Notes under the pieces: generated by a model | Databases searched by the model: none | What the model saw: only the letters and a program-made list of their open reading frames with translations | Told to the model about the DNA's origin: nothing | Translations under genes and position numbers: made by a program | Shown here: in pieces, positions 1 to 10,700 of the stretch | Layout of the letters: every line of letters begins with the position of its first letter | How positions within the stretch are numbered: the stretch's first letter is position 1 | Assembly: GCA_027001995.1 (NCBI GenBank) | Contig: JALTLO010000197.1 | Coordinates: 31,299-95,298 of the forward strand | Origin: Planctomycetota bacterium | GTDB taxonomy: Bacteria > Planctomycetota > GCA-002687715 > DRQF01 | Reading direction: 5' to 3' | Length of the DNA stretch: 64,000 bases

Positions 1-724
1 GGAGTATTCTCGCATCGCCATGGTGGACCCACGATATCAAAAGATTCCGACCTATGAGCGTTTTGTAACTGAGACGGCATTGCAATGGGATCCCAACCTG
101 GTTCTCATTAGCCCCTTCGTTGCTCCTGATACGCGATTTCAGTTGGAAAAGTATGGTATTTCTCTTTTGTCCTTAGGTAAACGAGCCAATTGGAAAGACC
201 TCAAGAGCTCGATTCAGAAATTAGGAAAGGTCTTGGGGAAACGTGGTTTGGCGGATTCTCTGATTGCCAAACATGAGGCTCGTTTGGAGTCATTGGACGC
301 CATCGTTGAAGCCCAGGCAAGACCAACGGACGAGAACCGTGTCCTTTCTTACGCTAACTACGGAACGGGAGGTTGGGGTGCTGGTGTCGGGCTGTCGATC
401 GATAGTGTGATCAAGAGAGCTGGATTGAAGAATGCTGCACTTGAATTGAATCGCCCAGGAGCGTTCGCCATGAGTTTTGAAGATCTCATACAGCTCGATC
501 CAGATTATATCATCGTGGTGGAAGGTAAGAATGGCAAGCCAAGTTCAACCGAGCAAACTCTCATAGACCATGAGCAAACGGCGTCTCTACGCGCTGTCAA
601 GAATGGACGCCTGCTTCGTTTGCCTGCGAGTCTTCTTTCGGCGAGTTCTCAAGAGATGATCACGGCAGCTGAAGAGTTGCATCGAATCTGGCGAGCTGCA
701 GAAGCCAAACGAGCACAAAATTGA
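1..724 (+). CDS. Fe-chelate/heme/cobalamin ABC transporter substrate-binding protein (5' truncated by window edge)
   Basis: Frame open from base 2; periplasmic binding protein motifs (SFEDLIQLDPDYII, LRAVKNGR); stop overlaps the FecCD permease start. Confidence 0.8.
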   Translation, partial: EYSRIAMVDPRYQKIPTYERFVTETALQWDPNLVLISPFVAPDTRFQLEKYGISLLSLGKRANWKDLKSSIQKLGKVLGKRGLADSLIAKHEARLESLDAIVEAQARPTDENRVLSYANYGTGGWGAGVGLSIDSVIKRAGLKNAALELNRPGAFAMSFEDLIQLDPDYIIVVEGKNGKPSSTEQTLIDHEQTASLRAVKNGRLLRLPASLLSASSQEMITAAEELHRIWRAAEAKRAQN

Positions 725-1797
725 AGCGCCTTTCTCCTCCCTCGAACCCCATGGCTTTCTTGCCATTCTTTGGGGTCGCATTTGCTGGGCTTGTGGTGGC
801 GTCTATGGCATGGGGGCGGACAGTGAACTATGAGCTTGGCACCGTTCTCTCTGGCATAATGACGACCTTCGGATTTGAACAAGACTTAGCTCGCAAGACT
901 CAGTTTGTCCTCGAACTCCGTTTGTGGCGGGCTCTCACTACAGCGGGGGTGGGGGCGGCTCTGGCCTATTCTGGTGCTCTCTTGCAAGGTGTTTTTCGCA
1001 ATGGACTGGCAGCTCCCTCTGTGATCGGCGTTACGGCTGGGGCGAGCCTTGGGGCTGCCTTGACGATCATGGCATTGGGGGGCTTTCTGCCTTCGATGGC
1101 TTTCGCTTCCGGGTTTGAGTTTTCGACCTTCGGAATCCTCATGGCGTCTTTCTTGGGCTCGTTCTTGAGTGTTTTGGCTGTGGTTTTGTTGGCAAGCGAA
1201 AGGGGGCGGGTGTCGATTTCATCCCTTCTCCTCACAGGCATCGCGGTCAATGCTTGTATTGCTGGATTGTTGTCTGCTGCCCAGGCGTATGCTTTGAAGG
1301 ACTACGAAGTATCTAAAGCTATCTTCGCTTGGACCTTTGGCAACCTTGACGACAAGACAAGCATGCATGGGATCTTGATTTGGTTGGCTGTTGGTTGCGG
1401 GGTGATTGCGATTCCACGCTTAGCGATCGAGTTGGATCTCTTTGCTGGTGGTGAAGATGACGCCCGATCTTTAGGGGTGCCTACCGGGAAGACGAAAATG
1501 TTGGCCATCTCCGTCGCTGCTCTTATGGCCGCGACTGCCGTTGCCGTAGCCGGGCAGATCGCCTTTGTTGGCTTGGTGGTTCCGCACCTAGTGCGTTCTG
1601 TTTTTGGAGCAAGCCATCGCCAACTCTTGCCTCTTTCTATTATGGGAGGGGCCTTGTTTTTGACTGGCGCCGAGTGCCTACAGATTGCGATTCTTAAGGA
1701 CTCAGCTCTCCGACCAGGAGTTTTGATGTCACTTGTTGGGGGGCCATTCTTTCTCTTGCTGCTCAGCAGGCGGAAGGGAGCTATTCAGTCATGGTAG
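721..1797 (+). CDS. FecCD/BtuC-family iron-chelate ABC transporter permease
   Basis: LRLWRAL, GALLQGVFRNGLAAPSVIG, GEDDARSLG (EAA loop), GQIAFVGLVVPH, GGPFF motifs; start TTG 721 (or ATG 751). Confidence 0.9.
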   Translation: MKRLSPPSNPMAFLPFFGVAFAGLVVASMAWGRTVNYELGTVLSGIMTTFGFEQDLARKTQFVLELRLWRALTTAGVGAALAYSGALLQGVFRNGLAAPSVIGVTAGASLGAALTIMALGGFLPSMAFASGFEFSTFGILMASFLGSFLSVLAVVLLASERGRVSISSLLLTGIAVNACIAGLLSAAQAYALKDYEVSKAIFAWTFGNLDDKTSMHGILIWLAVGCGVIAIPRLAIELDLFAGGEDDARSLGVPTGKTKMLAISVAALMAATAVAVAGQIAFVGLVVPHLVRSVFGASHRQLLPLSIMGGALFLTGAECLQIAILKDSALRPGVLMSLVGGPFFLLLLSRRKGAIQSW

Positions 1798-2594
1798 TGC
1801 GTATTCAGGCAACTCATTCTTCCTTCGGATACGGGGAAGGACCCATCGTCCGAGGTGTTTCCTTGGAGGTTCGAGAGGCAGAGCTCCTGACCATCGTTGG
1901 ACCAAACGGAGCTGGCAAAAGTACCCTCATCAAGGGGCTTGCTGGTTTGATTTCTCCCAGCGAAGGGAGGGTTGAGGCCGCAGGAGAATCTCTTTGTGCC
2001 ATGGACTTAGGAAAGCGAGCCAAAATGGTTGCTGTTCTCCCTCAGTCTTTGCGACACCTCCAGGGGATTACCGTTGCTGAGTTTGTGGCGCAAGGTCGAT
2101 ATGTTCATCGACCTTCCTGGCAGCATATGGGAGCAATGGACGAGGAGGTCATTGGACGATCACTTCAGCGATGTGAACTTGGAGGGCTAAAGGACCGTCC
2201 GATGAATCAACTTTCAGGTGGTGAACGTCAACGAGCAGTTTTTGCCAGGGCATTGGCCCAGGAGTCGGATATTCTTTTGGTAGATGAACCCACTGCCGCT
2301 TTGGATGGTCGCCATCAGCTTTGGATTTTCGAACAGTTAGCGTCTTTGGCCGCCAGTTCTACTGCTGTTGTGGCTGTGACCCATGATCTTAACTTAGCAA
2401 GCCAATTCTCCCATCGGGTGGTCTTGATGGAAGATGGTGCTGTCTCGAAGCAAGGCGACCCGAAAGACGTGCTCACACCTGGCTATCTCAAAGGGCTTCT
2501 GGGTGAGAATTTCTTGACAGGCCAAGAGACGTCTTCCATCTGCCAAGAAGAGAGACCCTGGTTTATCCCTTGGCTTCCTCCACCTTCTTCATGA
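1791..2594 (+). CDS. Iron-chelate/cobalamin ABC transporter ATP-binding protein
   Basis: Walker A GPNGAGKST, signature LSGGERQR, Walker B LLVDEPT, H-loop THDLNLA. Confidence 0.92.
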   Translation: MVVRIQATHSSFGYGEGPIVRGVSLEVREAELLTIVGPNGAGKSTLIKGLAGLISPSEGRVEAAGESLCAMDLGKRAKMVAVLPQSLRHLQGITVAEFVAQGRYVHRPSWQHMGAMDEEVIGRSLQRCELGGLKDRPMNQLSGGERQRAVFARALAQESDILLVDEPTAALDGRHQLWIFEQLASLAASSTAVVAVTHDLNLASQFSHRVVLMEDGAVSKQGDPKDVLTPGYLKGLLGENFLTGQETSSICQEERPWFIPWLPPPSS

Positions 2595-3620
2595 TCTTGA
2601 GGCCGTTGAAGTTCGGTGAAGGTCGCGGGCCAAAAGCGCGGCGCCGAGAAGTCCAGAATTGGGACTGCGAATAAGCCAAACTGGGATTTTTTCTAAGAAA
2701 TCGACAAACCGTCCTTTCGCTTCTAGATTCGAGCGAAACCGTTTGGGGTCAAACGCAGACAATAGGCGAGGGACAATTCCTCCGCCCACGTAAATACCCC
2801 CTGTGGCCATGAGAATCAAAGCCAAGTCACCGGCTACGGCGCCGAGGATGTCGAAAAACGTTGTGATCGACTTTTGGCATATGGCATCGTCGCGGTTAAA
2901 TGCACGATCGCTAATCACCCGCGCTGCATCTTGATGATCGCCATTGACGATAGCTTGGAGCTCTTCGTCAACGTCTGATTCTTCTAAGTAGGCGCGAACA
3001 GTGTAGGCGGTGATAGCGGTCAGCCCGGCCCCAGAAAGAAGCCTTTCGTTAGACACGCGTCCGAAGCGCTCTTGCATGAAGCTAAACAACCCCACTTCCC
3101 AATCAGATCGTGGGGCGAAGCTGGCATGGCCACCTTCTGAGTGTTGAATGCGGTAGCCCCCGGCACATCCTGGGTCGGGCAAGAGGTAGGCTACTCCCAA
3201 GCCGGTGCCAGGGCCCAAAAGCAAAACCGGTCCCCATTCTTTTGCCTTCCCATCCTGGATGGCTAATAGGTCATTGGTCTTGAGCGCTGGGACGGCCCTG
3301 GCCATGGCGGTGAAGTCGTTGACTAAACGAAGTTGCTCGATTCCGGTGACGGCCCGCAGTTCTTCTTCGTCAAGGTTCCACGGTAAGTTCGTCCCGCGAC
3401 AAATACCGTCTTGGATTGGCCCTGCTACGCCGATGGCAGCCGCATGAGGGAAGGGGGTTCCGTCCACCTCTGCCTGACGTAGGAAACCGTGGATGGCGAC
3501 GCCGCAGTCGGCGGTGTCTTGAGTCGAAAGGACGATCTCTCGGAGGCAGGAGCCGCCTTCGTCGTCGAAAATCGCTAACCGCAAGTTCGTTCCGCCAATG
3601 TCACCGGCCAAAATACTCAT
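2589..3620 (-). CDS. glk: Glucokinase
   Basis: ILAGDIGGTNLR, LVNDF, GPGTGLG, SEGGH, ERLLSG, GGIYVGGGI motifs; start set at ATG 3620 (AGGAG upstream, ATGA overlap with EAL gene stop). Confidence 0.92.
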   Translation of the reverse strand: MSILAGDIGGTNLRLAIFDDEGGSCLREIVLSTQDTADCGVAIHGFLRQAEVDGTPFPHAAAIGVAGPIQDGICRGTNLPWNLDEEELRAVTGIEQLRLVNDFTAMARAVPALKTNDLLAIQDGKAKEWGPVLLLGPGTGLGVAYLLPDPGCAGGYRIQHSEGGHASFAPRSDWEVGLFSFMQERFGRVSNERLLSGAGLTAITAYTVRAYLEESDVDEELQAIVNGDHQDAARVISDRAFNRDDAICQKSITTFFDILGAVAGDLALILMATGGIYVGGGIVPRLLSAFDPKRFRSNLEAKGRFVDFLEKIPVWLIRSPNSGLLGAALLARDLHRTSTASRS

Positions 3621-4753
3621 GACTGCTCCTGTCTGGAATCTCCCAATGGCAGACCACGGGTGGCCTGATCTGGGAGAGTCGGTTTGCCCCACAAGAAACC
3701 TTGGGCGAAGGATACCCCAAGTTCTTCTAGGATTGTTAATTCCTGCCGTTGCTCAACGCCTTCTGCGATCACCCATGCCCCCAAGGATTCTCCTAATTTG
3801 AGGGCGGACGAGACGATGTCTCGTCGAGATTGATGGCGCGCGATGTTGTTGACGACTCGGCGATCAATCTTAAGCACTTCTGGCTGGAGATCCCTCACTA
3901 ATCCAAAACCTCGGGCCTGAAATCCGATGTCGTCGATGGCCAAGTTAATCCCTATTTTCTTCAAGTGCCTTCTTTCCTGGGTGAATTCCCGGTTTGCTGC
4001 CGACAAATTGGTTTCGCTGAGTTCAAGGCAGCAATGGTCAGGAAAAAGTTCAGCCATGCGATCTAAGCGTGGTCGAACTTCCTTTGTTGCCCAAGTTTCT
4101 GGAAAAAGGTTGAAATGCAAACACCCACAGCAAGAACTGTGCTGAGCCGCTTCCAAGGCAGCATCCAGACAAGCTAAGTCGAATTCTACAAGGCGATCCT
4201 TTTCTTTACCCCAACGAAAGAAACGACTCGGTTGGTAAAGGGGGCCTTTGGGCCCGCGACTGAGGAACTCCCAGCCAAAAGTGGTCATGTCTTGCAATCT
4301 CAGGATGGGATGACAGACCGTCTGAAATGTTTCATCAGAGGCGAAAGACTTGAGGAGTTCGTCTATGTTGGGTTTGCCCCGAGATTTAAGGCGAAGCGTC
4401 TCTTTGGCCAGTTCGGGTATCAGCGCCAGATCGTCAGGGTCGTCATGGATGAAGTCAATGGCGCCACGGGCCACGGCTCCAATACCTAAGTCTTCCGTTG
4501 ACGAATCTACCACGGCGATGGCATCAGGACGGTCGACTTGGGACAGGAACTGGAGCATGCCAGCCAAGTCATCCGGTCGATCAGCAGAGAGCCGAAAGAT
4601 AACGAGGTCGACTCCCATGAGATCTAAGTCACTCAGGGACTGGCACTGTTTGAGGGTGATTGGGGCCTCGGCTTTGGGTGCCATGTGAGGCAGGACACGC
4701 TCTTGAAATGCTGGAGGCCCGACCAAGAGAACTGTTGGCAGGTTTTGGGGCAT
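3617..4753 (-). CDS. Receiver-like + EAL domain protein (putative c-di-GMP phosphodiesterase)
   Basis: EAL motifs WEFLSRGP, FNL, LELSE, AIDDIG, LKIDR, IAEGVE, QGFLWGKP; degenerate N-terminal REC-like region (AVARGAIDFI). Confidence 0.82.
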   Translation of the reverse strand: MPQNLPTVLLVGPPAFQERVLPHMAPKAEAPITLKQCQSLSDLDLMGVDLVIFRLSADRPDDLAGMLQFLSQVDRPDAIAVVDSSTEDLGIGAVARGAIDFIHDDPDDLALIPELAKETLRLKSRGKPNIDELLKSFASDETFQTVCHPILRLQDMTTFGWEFLSRGPKGPLYQPSRFFRWGKEKDRLVEFDLACLDAALEAAQHSSCCGCLHFNLFPETWATKEVRPRLDRMAELFPDHCCLELSETNLSAANREFTQERRHLKKIGINLAIDDIGFQARGFGLVRDLQPEVLKIDRRVVNNIARHQSRRDIVSSALKLGESLGAWVIAEGVEQRQELTILEELGVSFAQGFLWGKPTLPDQATRGLPLGDSRQEQS

Positions 4754-4755
4754 TC

Positions 4756-7700
4756 TTACACCTCGTCCTGTTTTGGAGTTTGTCGGGGCAGGCGAACTTG
4801 TCCGTCGTCGAGGATTCCCCAGCCCTTGGTCAAGATTTCTTCGATGCCCTTGTCCATGGCGGCTTTCACCTTTGAGCCCAAACGTGGAAAGCCTAACATT
4901 CTCGCGGTTTCTTTTGGTAGGTCAGTGAGGGGAAGGGCGATCTGTTCTTCCATGACCCGTTTGCAGGCGTTGGCAATTTCTATGGGATGAATGTCATCGG
5001 CTTGCCGTGGGATCTCACCCAAGGCCGCAGTGCGAAATTTCCGGTAGTTGCTGGGTTCATCATCACCTAAGAAATAGACGCCGTCAAAGATCTTAGGTTT
5101 TTCTCCCTCCGGCAGTTCGGCGATTAAAGTTGTGACACGGTTGCGCACACGGCTGGTGAGTCGGTCAATACCCAAGGTTGTCATCAACCGTCGACACACG
5201 AGATTCAGTGACACAGGCGACTCTTGCACAAGAATTGAAGTGATGACTTGCCGCACCGCGTCTTCTTGATTTTCGTCGTAGAGAGCTTCAGCGCCCAGGT
5301 TGCTCTTGGGGATCACTGTTGGCCGATATATCTCCACGGCCTCCACCAATTTGAGCTTGAGATGCTCTCCTTCCTCATCGTCTGTTATTGAGGCGCTGTT
5401 CTCTTCCGCTTCCAATTCGTTCGCAAGTTCTTGCTCTTCCGTAAGTGGCGGGGGAGAATCACTCTTCTCGACGAGTTTGGCTTCGATCGCTTCTAAGACG
5501 CGCTCTGGATCCTGCAACCAGTCACCGCTCCATACTCGGCAAAGCTCCCACCCCAGCCCTTTCAGAACATTGGGGCGAATACGGTCGCGATCCCGGGCAT
5601 TGGCGGAGTCGCTATAGTTGCTGCCGTCGCATTCAATCCCCAAGATGAAGGTATCGGCATTGTCTGGATCATGAATGGCCAAGTCGATGGGCTGGGAGGA
5701 AGAACCGACATGTAAGGATACCTTGTAACCTCGTTCCCGCAGGCGTTTGGCAATGGCTTCGTTGAGTGGAGATTCGGCTTCCCGCAAACCACGTTGGCCC
5801 AAATTCGAAGGCAGGGCGACGTGACCACGGTCGGCGTATTCCAAGAATGACTTCAGGTGCGCCACGCCTAAGGCCCGACTTCGCGAGAGATCAATTTGTT
5901 CGTGGCGTAAGGTAGAGAAAACTCGCAGTTCTTTTCTTGCCCTGGTGATCGCGACATTGAGACGACGTTCTCCCCCTTCCCGATTCAGTGGCCCAAAGTT
6001 CATGGACACGCGACCGTCGGCATCAGGACCGTAGCAGATTGAGAACAGGATGATGTCTCTTTCGTCACCTTGGACATTTTCTAAGTTCTTAACGAAAACG
6101 GCTTCGGCGACATCTTCGCCGAAGAAAGACTCGATTTCTGGGTGCTCTCTGCGGGCTTCATCCAAGTAGTCTTCAATGCAGTTTTGTTGTGCTTGACTGA
6201 AAGCGACGATGCCGATGGTGTCCTGGCTCAACTGAGGATCGGTCAGGCGGCGAAGAACATCGCTGACAACAGCTTTGGCTTCATTTTTGTTAGTTCTGGT
6301 CTTCGCTCGGTCGTAGTGGGCGTCTTCAACTTGGACGAAGTGGACGCCCATGTGGTTATTCGTATCTCCCGGGGAAGGGAAAGTCATGAGACGGTTATTG
6401 TAGTAGTGATGGTTGCTAAAGGAGATGAGGTCTTCGTGTCGAGATCGGTAGTGCCAAGAGAGGTTGAGGGAGGTGAATCCTCCGGCCTCGCATTCGTCTA
6501 AGATGCTCTCAACTTCTTCTACCATGTCGCTATCTGGGTCATCGTCTTCGTCATCTTGGGTGCGAAAGAAACTGGTCGGGGGAAGTTGTTTCGAGTCGCC
6601 CACAATGACGGCGGATTCCCCCCGGGCCAGGGCGCCGATTGCGTCCCATACCGGGATTTGCGAGGCTTCATCGAAGACTACGATGTCAGCGCGAGGGTAG
6701 TCGGTGCTCAAGTATTGGGCGACGCTTAAGGGGCTCATGAGGAGACAGGGCTTTAGGCGAGGGAGTAGGTCCGGTAGGGATTCAAACAACCGACGAATCG
6801 GCATATGGCGGCGCTTGAGTTTGAGCTGCCGCTGGAGAATACCAACTTCTGACTTGGCCGATGCCTCTTTCGAGAAACCTGGAAGGTTGGCATTGATGCG
6901 TGACTTGATCACCTCTGAACTAAGGGAGATCATCTTTTGGTCCAAGGCAGCAAATGCTGCGATCTTACGCTCATGCTCTAAACTGTTGAAGCGTCGCAAG
7001 AGGAGGGAGTCCTCCAATTGCTGATTGAGCCAGTCTTCCAAGAGGCTTTTCTTGAAGACCTTGAGAGCATTTTCTCCTGCCAATGAACCATCGCCCAAAC
7101 TTTTCCCTAGTTCTTCTAAGCCTTTCTCTTGAGCTCTTGCCATCAAGTGTGACCAATGGCACCAATCTCGCAGATCTCTTCTGCCGTCGAGGAGGTTGTC
7201 GAGAGTTTTCCCCAGACGGTCGAAATATCCCTCGTCGTTTTCTGACCCAAAGGCCGCAAGTTTGTCGAAATGGACAATGTTATCGAGGGCCTCCAAGCGA
7301 TGATCTAATTGGAGGAGATCGTTCAAGAAGGTGTCCATGTCTTGACGCAGAGAAGATGGACCAATAAGTTGGTCACTGTCTTCAACTGCAAGTCTGATTG
7401 CCCGTTCACGAAAACCGCCAGCGACCCAGTCAGCGTTGTGGCTGAGTTGAGCTAATTCCTGACGGAAGGATTCGGCCCAGGCAATGATCTCTTGTAGTTT
7501 CTGCCAGTCGCTCCTGGCCCCTCGCCAATGATGACCGAAGAATCGCTTTTCTTGGTCGCAAATCTCTGCCAGCTGGCGTTCTTCTTCTCTTAGTTTTTGG
7601 ATGCGTCCTAAGTCGAGGACCAGGGTGTCCGTGTCCGCCAGAGAACCTCTTACGAAGGGTTTGAGTGCTCTTTTGGTGAGGAAGACTCGAATCCAGGAGA

Positions 7701-10700
7701 GGGGTGGGAATGAGGAACGGGCCTTCTGCAAAGAAGTGAGCCATGACGTGACATCTGTGGCCAGAAGCTCATCTAAGTATCGTCTCTCCAATTCCATTCG
7801 GAGATCGGCCAGTTGGCGACCTCGATCCAATGAAGGTTTTAGACTCTCTTTGATTCCTTCCCATCCAGGTTCGGTCAGTAGATCGCGGCTACTGCCAGGG
7901 TTTTCTAAGAGCAAGGCGAAAAGACGCCTCAAGCCGTCAAGCTGGCCACGGGAGTCTGTTTCGACGTTCTCTGGTAATCCGAGCTCTTCGCCAATGGCAA
8001 TGCGACTTCGGCTAAGATCCTTTTTTGACTTTTGTGCGGCTCGAACGGCTTGGTCAATATGGTCGGCTAGCTTGGGGCTCCAATCGCTGACTTGAATCGA
8101 ATGCAACAAATGGTCATTCACGGGGGCGACCATCTTGGCAGCTGTTCCTAATGAACCGGCTAACTCTCCTAATTCATCGACTTCGCTCCGGTGGATTTCA
8201 TGAACGTGGGCGAGATTCAATTGGACGCGTGGCAAGTCGCCCATGTTGGCTAGTCTTGAGGTGGCTTGAAAGATGCTGAGGCCCGGGGGTCTTCGAGAAT
8301 GAATCTCTTGGACATAGTCGTTGAGGTCTTTTCTACGGTCCGTGAGTTCTTCTGCTAACTCTTCCCATTCTCCTGTACTTTTGTGGGCTGTGGCGGTCAT
8401 TGCTGTCTGAAGTTGATCTAAGACATGGCGTTTGCTGGTTTTCTTAGAGTGGAGCTCTAAACAACTGGACGCCAGGCCGATCTTGCTTAAGCGATCGTGA
8501 ACCACGTTGAGGGCAGCCATTTTCTCTGCCACGAAAAGGACACGTTTTCCCCTCGATAGGCAATGAGCAATGAGGTTGGTGATCGTTTGAGACTTTCCCG
8601 TTCCTGGGGGGCCTTGCAGTACGAAGGTATGACCTTGGGCCGCCGCTATAACGGCGCTCAGCTGGGATGAGTCAGCGTCCATGGGGCAAAGATTTTCGCC
8701 AGCAGGCAGGATCTTGTCTAGTTCAGAAGCTTGAGGGTAAACAACGTTACCCTCGAATGCCGAGCCTGGGGTTTCGACCAAATGACGTACGACTTTGCTA
8801 TTGAGAAGAGAATCTTGATGGCTCTCCAAGTCTGCCCACATGAGAAACTTATTAAAGGAGAATAACCCCAGGGCACAGTTGTTGACCACGTCCCAGCGTG
8901 GCACATCCATGATGACCTTTCTGAAGTTCTTCAGAGCAAGGTCGATGTCGACGCCGTTTTCATCTTCGGGGAGCGTCTTCAGGTGATCGGTATCCAAGCC
9001 GAAGTCTTGCTTCAACTTCTCCAATAAGGTGGTATTGATGCGCGCATCCTCGTCGCCTCGCTGAAGGCGGAATCCCTCGCGGATGCTCTTGCGCGTCAAG
9101 TGCATGGGCAAGAGAATAATGGGTGCCAATCGTTCCAGGTTGCTGCTTTCGTTTTCTTTCCAGGACAAGAATCCCAAAGCCAAGAAGAGCGTGTTGGAGC
9201 CCGTCTCTTCCAACTCGTTACGGCTGGCTCGATACAGATCCAGCAATTTGCCGTCGAGATTTTTTTCGTCGGTGTCAACATGGACGATGCGGTTGTTCAG
9301 GTCTTCAGCCAGAATCGATACTTTACTGTCTTCATGAAGGCGATCTTTCTGAATAGTCATGTCGCGGGGTGAATTGGCTATTTGCTCGCCAGGGCGCCCG
9401 CGGAGGGTGAAGGAGACGCCACCTTCCACGGCATCTTCGAACCCTCCCAAGTCGGGAATTAAGAGAGGAATATTCTTCTTGGTTGGGCGGAAATTGAGAA
9501 GACGGTTGCGGAGGGACAAGTCCAAGAGTTTTCTTTGCCATCGACGAATGCGGCTGTCTTCCTCAGGCGCTTGTTGTTCGACAGTTGGGGCTTCGATTGC
9601 CTGAAGGGGCACGATGGTGGTGGCATCTTCGACTTCAGCTCCCAGGGTGGCCAAGTCTTCAGGAGATATCCTTGTTGTGGTGACGCCGAAATATTCTCCC
9701 TCGCTTTCGAATTCTTGCGAGGCTTGGGGTAGTGGGCGAATCTTGAGCTTGCGGGCTCTGCGGATGTCAATGACAGCGCAAAAGTCGTCTCCGTTGTCCA
9801 GGTGTTTCCTGCCATCACTTCTGGCAACATGAAAGGGAACTAAAGGTCGATTGGCCAGTAAGGTGGACTCGAAGACAACAATGTCTTCAACGTCGATTCG
9901 CTTGCGCAAAGAAGTCACGTCATCGATTGTTGGTTCTGGGAAACAGTGATCGCTGACCCAAGCTCCACAAAAGGCATGACCTTTGGTCAAGACGATAATG
10001 GGGTTGAGGCCGCATTGTTCCATGACACTGGCAGCGAGGAGGGAAAGGTCCAGGCAATTGCCAACTTTGTCTTGGAGAATCACGTCCGGAAAACGGACCT
10101 TTTGGCCGTCATCTTCAAAGCTGGCTGGCACGCCCACATAACCCAAATCTTCTCGGGCCAGAGTTTCATAAATGGATCGAATCTGTTCGATCACGCCGTT
10201 GGGGTCACCGCTTTGGTAGCCATCCAAGATCGGAATGGACTGACGCTCTTCGTGAGTGCGGACGGTCTTTCCGATGAGTGCATTGACCCCTCGGCTGTTC
10301 GGAAGAACAAAGGCTGCTAAGACTTCCGGGAGAGTGCTAAGACCGGGCCATTCATTAAATGCCAAGACTTCAACGGGGAATCCCTTCACGGAAGGGCTCT
10401 TGCCACGAGCCGAAACAGTTACTTCTAATTCGGTTTCTTGACGTTCGGATTGCTCTTTCAGACGATCGACGTTGAGAGGCAAACTGATGTGCTCGAGGTT
10501 GATTTCTTCTTCTGGGGCGATTCGATCCAGGCGAATGTGAAGTTCTTCTGAGAGGCCGCTACCCAATTGAATGGCGATCGTGACATCGTCCAAGGCCTCT
10601 GAAGAGTTGACCAAGTTGAGGCGCTTCACCACCGGAACATCGTTTTGTTGCATGGCGAAATTGACCAAACGGTCGTAATCCAAATGGAGCTCAACAGTGG

